From Paraspadella gotoi (taxonomy: Eukaryota > Animalia > Chaetognatha), in contig CM119267.1 in assembly GCA_051294375.1 (NCBI GenBank), positions 22,321,486 through 22,385,485 on the forward strand: a stretch of DNA of 64,000 nucleotides. The letters run 5' to 3'. The translations under genes were made by a program, and so were the position numbers. Below are positions 41,102 to 54,420 of the stretch, one piece after another. Positions within the stretch are counted from its first letter, which is position 1. Each line of letters starts with the position of its first letter. Below the pieces are notes generated by a model that was given only the letters and a program-made list of their open reading frames with translations, did not search any database and was not told the DNA's origin.

Positions 41102-44100
41102 TTAGACTCTGTTGATGCCGAACTGTTGCATGACGGCGGTGTGGGCGGCGACCTTGGACTCCACTTGTTCCTTGGCCTTGGCACGCAAGGCGAGGTCGGC
41201 GCGCTTCTTCTTGTAGTAAACGGACGCCTTGACTTTGCGTTTGGCCTCCAGCGTGGAGATCACGTGCTGGTACTTCCATCCGACCTGCAAGGGGTCGAGG
41301 GGGGTGTAAGGGGGTGAAGCGAAGAAGAGGGGATTAATCGCAAAACGTCGTAAAAGTTTGATTGACAAATTAATTGGATTCTATCGTAGAACAATCAAAC
41401 AAGGGGCATAAATCAATCAATCCACTCGTTCATCACTCGACCAATCCTCGTTTTATTTTGGGATCCGGGTTGCACCCGGGGGGGGTTGGGCATTAAAAAT
41501 AATAGGAGGGTCTGATCGTGACTGACAGTGACAGTTAAGCTCTTTCGAAAAAAAAAAAATAAACTCGGTTTTTTGATCAAGAATGGTGAAAACTGTAAAC
41601 TGACATTCTTACAAGAACAGTGTACAGTGTAGTGAAAATAAAAGAAAAACGTAGACACCGAAAACAAGGAGAAGGACAAGAATATTAAAAAAACATTTAC
41701 TAGGGAGTCTTCTTAAAAAAAATATATATACACTTTTTCACAAGAGTATGACCCCTCTTTATTAGAGAAAAAAGTAATTTGGGGCAATTAGCGACGAACG
41801 GGTGGCGGAGACGAATTATAGATGTCACAAAAATTATGACAGCCAGGACTTAAAAACCGACTCTGAAAATAACAGAAGAGAGAAAAAGAGAAAGAAAAAG
41901 AAAAGATACGAAACGAGAAACGGTTTCGACCAATTAGCCCGTACATTGTGCAATTATGGCCGAGAGTTAAAAATTATTTTAAAGAAAAAAAACATTTAAA
42001 GAGTATGAAGGTAATTAGTTAGAAAGAGTACTTTGTCATAAAGTTATGACGTTTTAGGGCCAAAAACTTTTTAGGGTCCTCGGCAGTTGCTTCACGAGAA
42101 AGACTAAAAAAAATTAGGGAAGTAAATGCAACAAAAAATCATTTACAACTGACTACCGGGACCTTTTCGTAATTTAAAAACCGCCTTCTCACCTCGTGAG
42201 AGAGACGACCGAGCACGCAGAACTTGCGATGAGGCTGCAGCCTGATCACGCGGAGAGCGGATGGCACGACAAGACGCTTCCTCTTGTCGAATGGCGCGGG
42301 AACGCCCTCGTAACCCCGAAAACGCTTCATTGCTTCTTGGCCGCGGGCCAGCTTGTGGGGAAGCATGCCACGGATCGTGCGGTACAGGATTCTGAAACGA
42401 AAATGGTAGTGAGCGATGAGTTCGATTTTTTTTTTTGGATATGAAAAGTAATTTTACCTTGACGGCGCCCTGTGGTGGAAAGGGCCGCGCTTTGGGTTGA
42501 CATTACAGCGCTTTCGCAGAAAGTCCATGTACTTCAGCTTGTTACGGTAAAAACTTCCAGAAATGTTGATGCCTTCGCATCTGGGAAATCAAAAATTTAC
42601 ATAATAAACAAATTAGCAAAATATTTTTAATATCGAAATAAACTTTTTAATCTTATGTCACAAAAAAGATTTGAAAAAATTAACATCTTCAGTCACGTTT
42701 TCTAATCTTCATTACGAAAGTATGTTTATTTTGATTTAAAGTAAAAATCTCGTCTCAGATTACAAGCGGAGGGTGGCTGCTCAAATTACTCGAACCAAAC
42801 ATTTTTATGGTTTATTTTTGTTATGGCTGAATTCTATTTTGCCTTTTAGATGATATTCCTCAGAGAATTGTCTCCATCACAAAAACTTTTGTTTTGTATT
42901 TCGAATATGTTTATGTACACAAAATTTTCTATTAACTAAAAAACCCTTATTGAGTCACCACAGTAGAGGTATTTTTGATAGAGAGGATCTGAAATTTCTT
43001 CTGTCATGTTAATTGTTTAATCGAAATGACGACTCGCGTTGGTATTACGTATAAAACAATATAAACATGTTTATAAAAATAAAAGAAAAAAAATACCAAA
43101 AAAAAGTTTATAGTGTAATGGTAATTTTTTATCTTAGGCGCAAATAAATAAATGAGAAAAGTAAAAAAAGCGGGAGCCTAAAAACTTTTTTTAAAAACAT
43201 AACTTGGAGGTTAAAAAATAGAGTTTCGACGGCAAAGAGACGCCATGTATGGAAATGAAGATCTGGATCAATTCTATTCAATCCCAGACCTCGACTCGTT
43301 CTGCGACGAACCACGACAGTTCGAATCCATCAAAACGACAGGTTCGTTGGTACGAGGTAGGGTTATTCAACCGGCCGCTCAGCAATTTTCAACAAAGATT
43401 TAACGTTGGTTTTACCTTTAATATCAAGTTTCGACCCTTTTAAATAATTCCCTCTAGACGAAAGATCACGTTGGAGCCAAAGACAAGAGCCTCTCCATCG
43501 AAATCCCCTCGATTTGCGGTGGAGAACGCACGAGGATGAGTCTTCGTGGTCGCGTCGTCCAACTGACGCATGGAGGGAGAGTCGCATCAACGGCTGCTGC
43601 GAAGACGGACAGAGCGAGTGGCGTCAGGCGAGGATTAATCGCGGGGAATACGATTCGTGGTGGCGACCGGAGACGATCGTCGGCGACCGTGGCGAAGGGG
43701 CTTGGAGATCGAAAACCGATTGTGGAGACTTCACGTCGGGCGTCGGCTGCTGTGGCGAAGCATCAGACTTCTCGCCATTAGCCGACACGCAAAAGGGATA
43801 CGGAGCGGAGCTGGCTTCCTGTTGCGGCATCCCTTATGACAATGACACTGCTTCCAGCCGCTGGCGGTACGACGATCCCGGGTGCTCGGCCGTTGACAAG
43901 GAAACGGACGCCGCGAATTCGACGGCTCTCGACGAGGCAGCCTTGCAAGAACTGTATCAACGCAACTTGAAAGAATGGGAAAGATTGGAGAGGGAGCACT
44001 CGGCGGATGCCGATATCAGCAACCTAGAGGGAATGATAATGGACGCCGGAGAGGCTCTACAGCAGAGACACCTCTGCGCCGAGATGGAGCAACCAAATCC

Positions 44101-47100
44101 CGTGGACAGCGGAGCTGATTCAGTTTCACGCGGAGTTCAGACGAATAAAGGACGGAAGAAATCACGCTCTGCAGAACCGGTCGTCGATTCCTCGTGCTGT
44201 CCTCCCGGAGAGCCTTGCATGGAGTGTTGTCGTAAAGCCGTGGACAAACTCTACGAGAGTTACACGATTCCGACAAACGCGGGAAAACATGAGACAATCG
44301 TGGAAACGGTTCGAGACAAGTTCGATCGATTCGATGCTCAAATGGGAAATTTTAGAGAAGAATATTTGAAACGAATGGAAGGGACTGAGGAGCTTTTTAA
44401 AGGATTCAAAGACGACGAGGAGATGTACCGTAAGTTCGTGTCCAACGACGACCAAGTCAGGGACGGCACCTCTCCGACAGGAGAAAATAGCAATAGGTGC
44501 CGTTGTACGGACGACAAGTACGGGTTGGGTAACAACAACGTTATCATTATAAACAGCGGTGGAAATCAATACAAAGGTGGAAAGGGTATGCCGGAAGGTT
44601 CTAAATCGCAAGAACCGTCTCCCTCCGAGCCCGCGCCGCCAAAATTTCCAAAGGCTCAAAAAGAAAAGACGGCCTCCGTTTCCAAAGGGAGCGGCTATAA
44701 GAGCCCCTCTGTTGCGTTGAGCGCACCTCGTAAGCGGTCTAAAGATCAGACAACGCCGAAAATTTCGGAACAAAAAACTTCATCTCTAAAAGCGCAACTG
44801 CTGGATGAGTTGATCGAAGGAATTGTCGAAAAAAAAGATGAGGAGGCCCAGAAGCTTCAAGCGCTTCTGGTCGAATCGGAGAAGTTAGAAGAACATGAAA
44901 AATTGGAAAGAAAAGGGAAAGAGGAAAAAGTTGAGAGAGAAATGGAGGAAGAGGAGGAAAAAGAAGATGTGGAAGGGGAGATAAAAAAAGAAACTGAAGA
45001 AGAGGAAGAAGGAGAAGAAAAAGAGGAGGAAGAAGAGGAGGAAAGAGAAGAAGAGGAAGGAGAAGAGGAGGAAGGAGAAGAGGAGGAAGGAGAAGAGGAG
45101 GAAGGAGAAGAGGAGGAAGGAGAAGAGGAACAAGAAGAAATAGTCGATGAGGGTTCCAGCGTAGAACAGGAGGAATCTTCAGGGTCTGAAGAGGAGACTC
45201 CTTCATCAGCATCTAAATCACCATCGAAATCATCTTCAGGTTCAAAATCACCCTCGGGCTCAGCGTCGAAATCACCGTCGGCGTCGAAATCTCCGTCCGC
45301 CTCGAAATCTCCATCGGCGTCGAAATCTCCGTCGGCGTCGAAATCCTCATCCGCTTCTAAATCTCCCTCGGGATCTCCAACTTCAACGAGGTCGCCGTCC
45401 GCAACATCAAAGTCGCCATCGGCATCGAAATCGCCGTCTGGGTCTCAATCCGCATCCGCGTCGGCATCGGCATCCAAGTCGCCGTCCGCATCCAAATCTC
45501 CATCTGGCTCAGTTGGATCGAAATCTCCCTCCAAATCCGCATCGGCCTCCGCATCGGCCTCCGCATCAGCCTCCGCATCAGCCTCCGCATCAGCATCAAA
45601 ATCATCCAGCGATCATTCAAACAGGAATCGGAGTAAGATCGAGAAGATCGAGGAAATGAATTGGTTGCGTAGTTTTTTTGGGTCACTTCCTTTTACCCCC
45701 TTCCCTCAATAATAAAATCTACTTTGCATATAATTTTTTTTTTAAATTTAAGATAATAGAGATCTACCCCTTCCCCACAAGCTCATTTTCTGTCAAGATG
45801 ATGAAATTTAAAATTTGAGTCCAACACAGAGCGAAATAGTTTTGCTGCCAGATAGAACCAATTCAGTTCCTCCTTTCCTAAGTCGTGCAACAAGTGCAAC
45901 AAAAAATATCAAAAACTACAAATCGTGCAAAGCAACAATCTTCAAAAAATGAGCAAGAAAAACCACCGAGAGCGGGTGGAAAAACGGAAAAACTCGGAAA
46001 AACCACCGAAAAAAACCACCGTTCATCGAAAAATCGTTCAACATCAAAACAACCTTCACACCACGATAAACACAAGCACAAGCCATTACCACAAAAGAAA
46101 AATAAACATTCATCCAAGACCAAAGCTACTAAGAAGAAGACCGTCAGAAGCAAATCCTCGAATTCCAGCAGCTACGATGATTCTTCTGACGGCTCTTGTA
46201 GTTGCTGTGACTGCGAAAGCGAGATAAGTTGCACGTGTGACCAACCGTGCGGCGGAAAAACTCCTTACTGCGCCTCAAATAAATCTTCCAAGACTGAAGA
46301 GTCCGGTGGAAAAACAAAGGGCGAAGACGGAAAAAAAAGAAGCAAGGAAAACTTAACGACAGAGTATTCCAAAAGAGACTTGGATTCAGTCAAACATCGT
46401 TTGCGAACGCTGGAGCACCTTCTGCAGGATATGAGAGAAGAGGTGCTGACTAAAGGCAAGAGCGATAACGATAAGTGCCTTCGTTTCAATGATCATGTGA
46501 CGTGTTGTCCTGAAACCTGTATGCAGTTCAACAATTGTAGCAGCAACTGTACAAAACATTTTCACGACGAAAGCGGCGGCGATAGTACGCGGTCCGTCCT
46601 AAAGACGTCGAGACGATATCGGCGCGAAAACAGCACGGAGGATAGTAATGATAATAATCATCATCATCACCGTGACTCGAATGGCAACGAGAAAAAAACA
46701 AAAATCCAAAGACTTTTCTCCAAGCCAGAGCTGGAGGCGGTCAGAAAGAGGATAATTACGTCAATGGAAGTAGACAGGCACGTATTGAAAGACCTCAACG
46801 CGGTACTAAGACCTCAGAGGGCGGAGGAAGAACGAGAAGCCGGACCATGTCGGGAAATGCGGCACTTGGCGGCAATTCAAGAGGGCGTGGCCACGCTGAA
46901 GAAACGCCATTTGGACAGAAAAGAAGAGCTAGCACGAACCAAGGTCGAATTAAAGGAGGCCTTGAGAAAATTGCAAGGAGGTGGAGGGAATGAGGAAGAA
47001 GAGGAGGAGGATTCAGAAGAAACCGACTGATATGTGATATGAATTTAAATGTAATATGGCAAATATTATATATAATTGAAATATAATGATGAAAACATTT

Positions 47101-47369
47101 AACGTAAAAACTATATAGTTGAGATTTAATTATAGAGGAAATCCGAATTCTTTTTATCGAGGAAATTAATGAAAATGGCAAAGGCAAAATCGGTTGATTT
47201 TTAAAATATTTTACAAAAAAGAAAATTTGGAGTATTTTTGAAGTATGTAAACATACCTGACCACAACGACGCGCTGGCCCTGGAGCAGGGCTTTGGCAAT
47301 GATGGAGGCGAGGCGTCCGAGAAGATGACCGCGTCCGTCGATAACGAGAGGTTTTGTCGAAAAACCCAT
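41102..47369 (-). CDS. RPL13A: 60S ribosomal protein L13a (uL13)
   Basis: Exons 47369-47257 ([30 protein letters not shown]), 42580-42458 ([17 protein letters not shown]...[13 protein letters not shown]), 42391-42193 ([10 protein letters not shown]...LGRLSHE), 41284-41102 (VGWKYQ...). Confidence 0.98.
43245..47030 (+). CDS. Orphan low-complexity protein (about 1140 aa), nested antisense in RPL13A intron 1
   Basis: Phase-compatible exons 43245-43356 (G|GTAGGG), 43458-45632 (A|GTAAGA) and 45883-47030 (CCTAAG|) join the 732-aa and 381-aa ORFs. The start is uncertain; small exon-like segments lie further upstream at about 42650-42900. Confidence 0.75.
45056..45130 (+). repeat. Coding minisatellite, 5 x 15 nt (EGEEE)
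   Basis: GAAGGAGAAGAGGAG repeated five times (last copy ends GAA). Confidence 0.9.
45205..45600 (+). repeat. Coding repeats SKSPSA (18-nt unit) and (SA)n
   Basis: More than 10 degenerate SKSP(S)A/G units followed by GCATC(G/A)GCCTCC repeats. Confidence 0.85.
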
Positions 47370-47620
47370 TTTTCTCTTTCCGAATCAAAAAGGGGGTCGC
47401 GCTCGTCAAACAAGAAAATGATAAAAAATCCTAATCAAACCAAAATCTGTAACGAAGAAAAAAACAGCATCCAATTCCAAAAACGGAACGGCGATTAACA
47501 ACGAGATTTCATATAAATTGTTAAAACTTTAACGCGAACGAGAAGAAAACAAAAAAAAGTTATTAAGCTAGAAAATAAACTAGGAAACTACTTAAAAAGT
47601 TCTATTACAGTTTTGCTCCA

Positions 47621-50600
47621 TCAATCGCTGTACTTTTTCAACTTGAGCCTCGGCACTATGTTCATGCTCTGAAGTTCCTGAAACAAGAGTTTACAGGCGT
47701 AGGGCATTTTGAGCGAGGAGACTTGAGCCGAGGACTTGCAGGTGTGACACCAGCCGGAGTAGCCGAGGAGGCCGCATCCGTTACACACGTCGACGGCGAA
47801 GGAGTCCGAGGAGATCATGAGCCGCTCGAGGAGGAGCATCGACGCGCCGTAGCCGATGAGGCAGTCGCGCTCCATCTCGCCAAGACGAAGTCCGCCGTCG
47901 CGAGATCGACCCTCGGTCGGCTGCCGAGTCAGGACAGCGCGGGGCCCTTTGGCGCGGGCGTGCATCTTGTCGAGGACCATGTGCTGAAGAGGGATGGGAT
48001 AGGACAAGGAGAAAAAAAAATAGCGACTTTTCGCGTCGATTTATCGTTTCTCTCAGATTTATTGTTCAATTCCCGTCAGTAACATATTCATCAAGACCAC
48101 CCCCTTTCGACTAAAACTTTAAAAAAACGGACTCCGAATTTGGGGTCAACATACTTCAGTTGATTTGTTTACGACTTAAACTAGATCTTGTCTTTCCTCG
48201 TTCATTCTCCTCTTCATCGTCCTTCCAAATAAATACATTCCCCGCGTCACAATCGCTTCAAGCCCCCTACTCTCTCTTTTCAACACTCGGCTAAAAGAGT
48301 CCTTAAACAAAACCATTTAACGCGCTCTCTCTCTCTCTCTCTGGTTGGTTGAACGTCGACCCTTTTTCCTAACCCACCCCCACTTAACCCCGAAAACCTC
48401 CTCGACTCACTTTTAGCTTTTGATAATAAACAGGGCCGATGAAGATGTAGGCACTGAGGGGTTCACCCGTGACGCCCGAGGTCAGCAGATCCTTGCCCTG
48501 GTAATTGTAGCCGTGGTTGATCAGAATCTCTGAAATGTCCTTGACCTTGTCGCCGCCGAAAGCGGTGCCGTAGTGGAATTTCCCTGAGGTTTTGGGGAAA
48601 CGAAGATGGGTCAGAGTAGTTGAGCGTGAAGGTGAAAGAGATTTTATATTTTTTTAGGATACTCTAATAAAATTATGTCTGTTGACTTCGTTTTAAAAAG
48701 AAGGATGTTAAAAATGTTGTAACAAAACCCTTCCCCCCCTCAACCTTTGATGCTGCCGGCCTTTCCCGCGAGGAACTCGATGAGTTTGCCGACGGTCATT
48801 CGCGAGGGGAATCCGTGGGGATTCATGATCACGTCGGGGACCACGCCGTCCTCCGAGAACGGCATGTCCTCCTGGGGTAACGGAGAAAAGGAACGGGGAA
48901 AAAAAAGGAAAGTTTAAAGCAAATTTTAAAACTTAATACAAAAATACGAAAAGTTTTTATAAAATAAGCAAATTAAAAAAAGCCGAGTACATTTTCTGAA
49001 CCTATATCCAAACCTCGAAGCGGTTTTCAACTTTAAAGCTTTCGACGACGCGACGAATTACGACACTTACGACTTATGTAACATCTTTCACATTCCGGGC
49101 GCCGAACAAACTTTCCGAAATCTTCTTTCCTCGTTCTAAATTTTTTTTTATTGGAGCGACGAAAGACAAGAACCTCGGAACTTTGTTTTCTTTCTTTAAA
49201 AATAACACAAACAAAAAAAGAAGAAAAGCTGAATCGAGAAACGTGGGCCTCGTGTCTTCAGACGTGACTCGACCCATTTATTTTGTTTACGCCGATCGAT
49301 GTTCGACAAACAAAAGACGGGAACGGAATCTCAGCCAGGATCTCGCCAACTAAATATTCTTTTAATTTTTGGTCGAGATTCTTTTTTAAAGTCATTTGGC
49401 TTAATATGTTCCTGACAATTTTTTTTTACTTTTTTACTAAATTAACAAAACCAAATATAATAGTTTTAACTTTGCCCAAAGAGAAGATCATTCGACCTTA
49501 ACCGACCTCCATAAGCCCGTTCGAAAGAATTTTAGTCATTATTCATAATATTACCTACTCAAACAAAACTTCCTTATCAGTATTAAATTAAATCGCACCT
49601 GATTGACAATGAGCCCGCAGACGCCCTTTTGCCCGTGTCGGCTGGAGAATTTGTCGCCCAGCTCGGGGCGCCGTGTTTGGCGCCAGAGGATTTTGACGAG
49701 AAAAGCCTCGTCGGGATTGGAGGTTATCAAGACTTTGTCCACGATGGCGGTGGCGGCGCCCTTGTAGGTCACGGGGACGTCTTTGTACTCGTTGACCGGC
49801 TGCGCGGCGGCGCCGGCAGGTTGGGCGGCGCCGTCGGAACCAGCTGGAGAAAGGCGAACCGTTTCTACAATTTCTTTCCTTAGAAAAACTTTTTCAACTC
49901 GTCAACACTCACTCAAAGAAGCTCCTCCGGAAATGACAGGCATTGCCTTGTTGACGAAGGTCATCCGATCCTCGACCTTCTCGCCCGGGCTGCAGATGCC
50001 GTCCAAGTCAAGAGCGCTGTGCTTCCAAATCGGGCGACCGGTGGCGGCGTCAACGATGGGCCCCTTGATCTTGTCGAATGTCTGGTTGGCGTAGCGCTTC
50101 ACGCTCGTCTTGGCGTTGCGAAAGACGAGGCAGCGCCCGTACCCACGGTCGATGCTTGCCTGAAAATTAAGGAACTTTCTACATACATAATCTTGATGGT
50201 AATATGAAATTTGGATATTTAATCCTAAAAAACTTAGAGATTTTTGAAACCAATGAAGTAAAAAGAAAAGATAACAGTAAAAATTGATTGAGAATCATTG
50301 ATCAAACATAACCATTGACCACGACCAAATATTTCAAATTTGCAATATTCAATATGTTAATGAAATTGAAAAGCTGAATTTATTTTACTTATTTGTCACT
50401 TTACCTTATTGATCATGCTGGCGTCTTCGATGTCGTAACCGGAATAACTCATGACGGCGACGCAGGCGTTGAATCCCGCGGGGACTTTGTCGAACCCGAT
50501 GATGTCGATGGTTCGCGTCTTCACCAGCGGCGCTGACATCCAAGATGAATGTTAAGATACAGCGATAACACTATTAACAATCACGCAGATTGCGTCTTTA

Positions 50601-53600
50601 CCTTGGGGATAACAAAGCAGATACATAAGCGTGTCGATCCGGTTGAACTGGTTGTACCCGATGGTGCCCATGGCCTGTTTGCCCATGGCGCACTGGTAAG
50701 TGTTTCTGGGGCTCTGGTTGTGATGGGGATAAGGGATGAGACCGGCGCAGACTCCGAGAATGGTGAAGGGTTCAATCTCGAGGTGCGTAGTCGTGGGACC
50801 GATCTCCTTCTCGTACATGGCGATGTTGCTGTCGTTCTCTTCGTTCACGTCCAGATACTCGACGAGGCCTTCCTTGAGAAAATCTTCAAACCCGCGGAGG
50901 CCTTGAGTCAGCTCCTGTCGAACGAGGAAAAATGTTTAAAAAAAAAACCGAAAATCAAATATACATAATATGTATTACATATTGGTAAACACTCACCTGG
51001 ATGTGCTGGCGAGTGACCAAAGGGCCACTCTTTGTGTCCACGATAATATACGGGCGGCAGACTCGTCCGCCGTCAGAGGATATGTAGACGCAGCGGTGGT
51101 TGTGATTGGGGGTGATGCTGGATATGATATTAAACGGGAATGTAAAGTGAATTCGTAAAAATGCTGACTCACCCTACAAGAATTATATTAATTAATCATC
51201 ATACAACTGCAAATAAAATAATTTAATAAATGCCCTTTCCAGATAAAAATTTTACCTGATAAACTCATTGATGTAACCAGCGCGCCTGATCAACCGGAAG
51301 AGCTTAATAAGTCTCGCCCAGTCACGGACAACGCCGAGGATGTTGCCATTGAGAAAGACGAGGTAAACGAGTTGGGAGCTCAATTCTTCCCCGCTGAGAA
51401 GATTAATGTCTTCCACGCCCATGTTGAAGGCTGTCATGTGAAAAAGTTGAATTACATCATAGTAGTATAACAATCAATTTCGGAGAAAATTATTCAATGA
51501 ATAATAATATTAATATATAATGTATAGGTCTTTTCATACAATTGAAACATTCTTTGAAATATTATACCACTTCATTGATAGGGAAGCCAGGTTCACAGGG
51601 AGTGAATAAACAAGTCTGTGAGAGAGACTTGATTAAAAGCTTGCAGAAACCTGTTATGTTATTATCTTGCAAGTGTGATGGAGGCCTTAAACCACCAAAG
51701 CCTGTCCAAAGTCAGGGACAAGATAGCTTATTTATTAAATGGATGGATAATTTTTATATTGGTTGTACCAATTTCATAAAATAATATATGTACAGAAAGC
51801 ACTGACAAATTTATTCATTAATCTTACCCAAACGTACGATCGGAGCGTCGTCTGTGTCAGTTGTGATATGGGTCATCAGCGCCAAGTTCTTGACCAAGCC
51901 GCAGGCCTCGCCTTCTGGCGTGTCGGAGGGACAGAGCATGCCCCATTGGGAAGCCTGACAGTGACCACGAACAAAAGATTTCATTTAGGGATTTTTTTTT
52001 TTTTTTTTTGCCTTGAGTCAGCGCGACATTGACCAACCTGTAGGGATCTCGGTCCGCTGACTTTCCTCGTTTTCTCAAACTGAGAAGATATTCGCGTCAT
52101 CATGCCGAGACAGGCGATGTAGGAAAGACGGGAGAGGACGGCAGTCACGCCCGCTCGATCCATTTTGAAGCGTTTGATCGTCCAATTGCCGCTCGTTATG
52201 GCGTGTATCAATCCGCCTGAAATATTGCAATTTATAATAGAAGGATTATTATTATTTGATATCTTTATTCCTTACCCGTTATTTGATCCTGACGCATGTG
52301 CTTGACGACGTCGAACTGAGCGGCCCGCGGCTTAGGGATGGTGATGTCCGCGATCTTCTTCAACTCGGCGTTAAACTTTTTAAACAGATCTTCGAAAAGC
52401 AAGGAGAGAAGTCCACCGGCGAGTTCGAGTCTCTTGTTGCCATAATAGTCGCGGTCATCGATCTGGATGCGGTTCTGGGAAACGAGCACGATTCGACGCA
52501 CCATCAGGGAGAGATAGGCCGCCTGGCGAAGCAGGAAAGAAATAGATAATTATTAATTATATAGCCTATTCTTCATTGAATTTCGAATAACCAAGTAAAA
52601 TCCACTCAACTCACTTTCGCCTTGAAATTAAAGTGCCGTGCGGGAACGTGAGTGAGAACGCTGGAAGCGATGAGTTCCCGCGCCTCCTCGATCTTACTCT
52701 TCTTTTTTCCCTTGCTCGCCCCATCTAATGAGGGAAAAACACATTAAGTCTCGACTAGTAAACAGGAAAATAAAAATAAAATAACCCACCGCCACCGCCC
52801 CAGACGCGTTGGCGCTTAATCTTGTTGCCGATGTAACGCAAGGCCTGTTGTTGCGTGTAAACTTGAGCCTTTTGACATTCTTCTAAACACGGAGCGAACG
52901 CCGTCATCACTTGATCCTCCGTTCCGACCATCTGCTCGAGAAAAAAGCAATGACAATTTGACTACTAGTCGATAAAGGAAACTATCTTTGCCCTAAAAAA
53001 TAAAAAAATAAAAACAACCCGACAAAAGTGTTAGAGTGATATTCGTACCTGAACGATCTCCTGATCACTCTCTATCCCCATTGCTTTGAAAACGATGCAA
53101 ATGGGTAGATCCTCGCTGACAGTGTTGTGCTTCAGGTAGAACTTGCCGTGTTTCGTGATTATGTTCGTTTTACTCTTCCGTTCGTGCGTCGAAGACGTCA
53201 CGGAACATGTAACGTTGCCCTGAGCAAGATAAAACGTTGCGCGCTTAGTTATCATAGCTTCCTGCAGAGAAAACCTGTTCTATTTCACCTTGGCGTCTTC
53301 GTCGACCATCATACGATTCTTAGAGAGCTGCTCTTGAATGAGGACCACCTTCTCCACGCCCCTGACGACGAAGTAGCCCCCAGGGTCCAGAGGGCACTCG
53401 TTGAGTTTGGATAACTCCTGAGGACCCTTGCCCGTCAACACACAGTTGGAACTGCGCAACATGATGGGCATTCTCCCGATGGGCAGGTTGTTGCGAATCA
53501 CTCTTTGGTTTCCTGGCAGGAGGTAACAGAGTTGAGCAAGAGATACAAAAATAAAAAAAATAAGCTAGAAATTTTTTTAGTAACCTCTCGTATATTCGAC

Positions 53601-54004
53601 GTCGACTGTGATCGGAGCCGAATAAGTCATGTCACGAAGTCGACACTCGTGGGGGGAAATGGGTTTGGTTATGTTGAAGCCCTCTTCGGCATCGGGCAGC
53701 CCCACGTAAATGTTCAAATACTTCAAGTACCTGAAAATAAAAATGCAAAAACTCGGTTAAACTCGTTGAAAAACACCTTGGCGTTCTTCTTCCCTCACCA
53801 CATGGGATCCGCGTCTGAGGTGACTTTGTCGTTGGCCTTCATGATGTTTTTGATGTCGACGTTGACGAGATAGTTGTAGGAGTCGATGTGTTGCTTGACG
53901 AGCCCCTTCACCTTGAGAAAGGCGGGCAAGAGTTTCCACTTTTCCTCGATGGCGTCGATCGGCGCCGCCAACTCCTCGCGCGACATCGACTCCCACTCCT
54001 CCAT
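47621..54004 (-). CDS. POLR3B: RNA polymerase III second-largest subunit (RPC2)
   Basis: [115 protein letters not shown]...[26 protein letters not shown]. Confidence 0.98.
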
Positions 54005-54420
54005 CGCCGTTTCGCGGGAAAGTCGAATTAGTGTGTTTGTTTATAAATCAATCCATAGTCTATATAAACATATAAATTTTTCTTTGACATCTTTTAACAA
54101 AAAAAAATTACGTATACGACGAAAATTAGGGGGAAAAATTTCAAGTTTTCGGGCGTGACTAGATAATATTAAAAAAAGCTGCTTCGATAGTTTATTCAAT
54201 AAGGATCACCTACTTCACCATTGTTGGTGTGGGGGTTATACGCGGAAGTAAATTACGTTAGCTACTTATTATGATGGCACGGATGGATTGGAATGCTGTT
54301 ACTTTAAGGTCAAATTACATTTTACTTAAAAGAATCAGAGGTTGTACGTGAGATGTCAAATACAATATGCAATAGCACGAGAGATACCGTTTTCCAAGAT
54401 TTAATGTTTTTCTTCCTCGT

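Noticed and set aside
41340-41445. C/D snoRNA in an RPL13A intron (vertebrate RPL13A hosts snoRNAs)
   Set aside because: A GTGATGA C box is present on the sense strand but no CTGA D box follows before the acceptor.
42750-42885. Second possible C/D snoRNA (GTGATGG...CTGA) with a 9-nt 28S-like match
   Set aside because: Imperfect C box and short match; better explained by small plus-strand exons of the nested gene.
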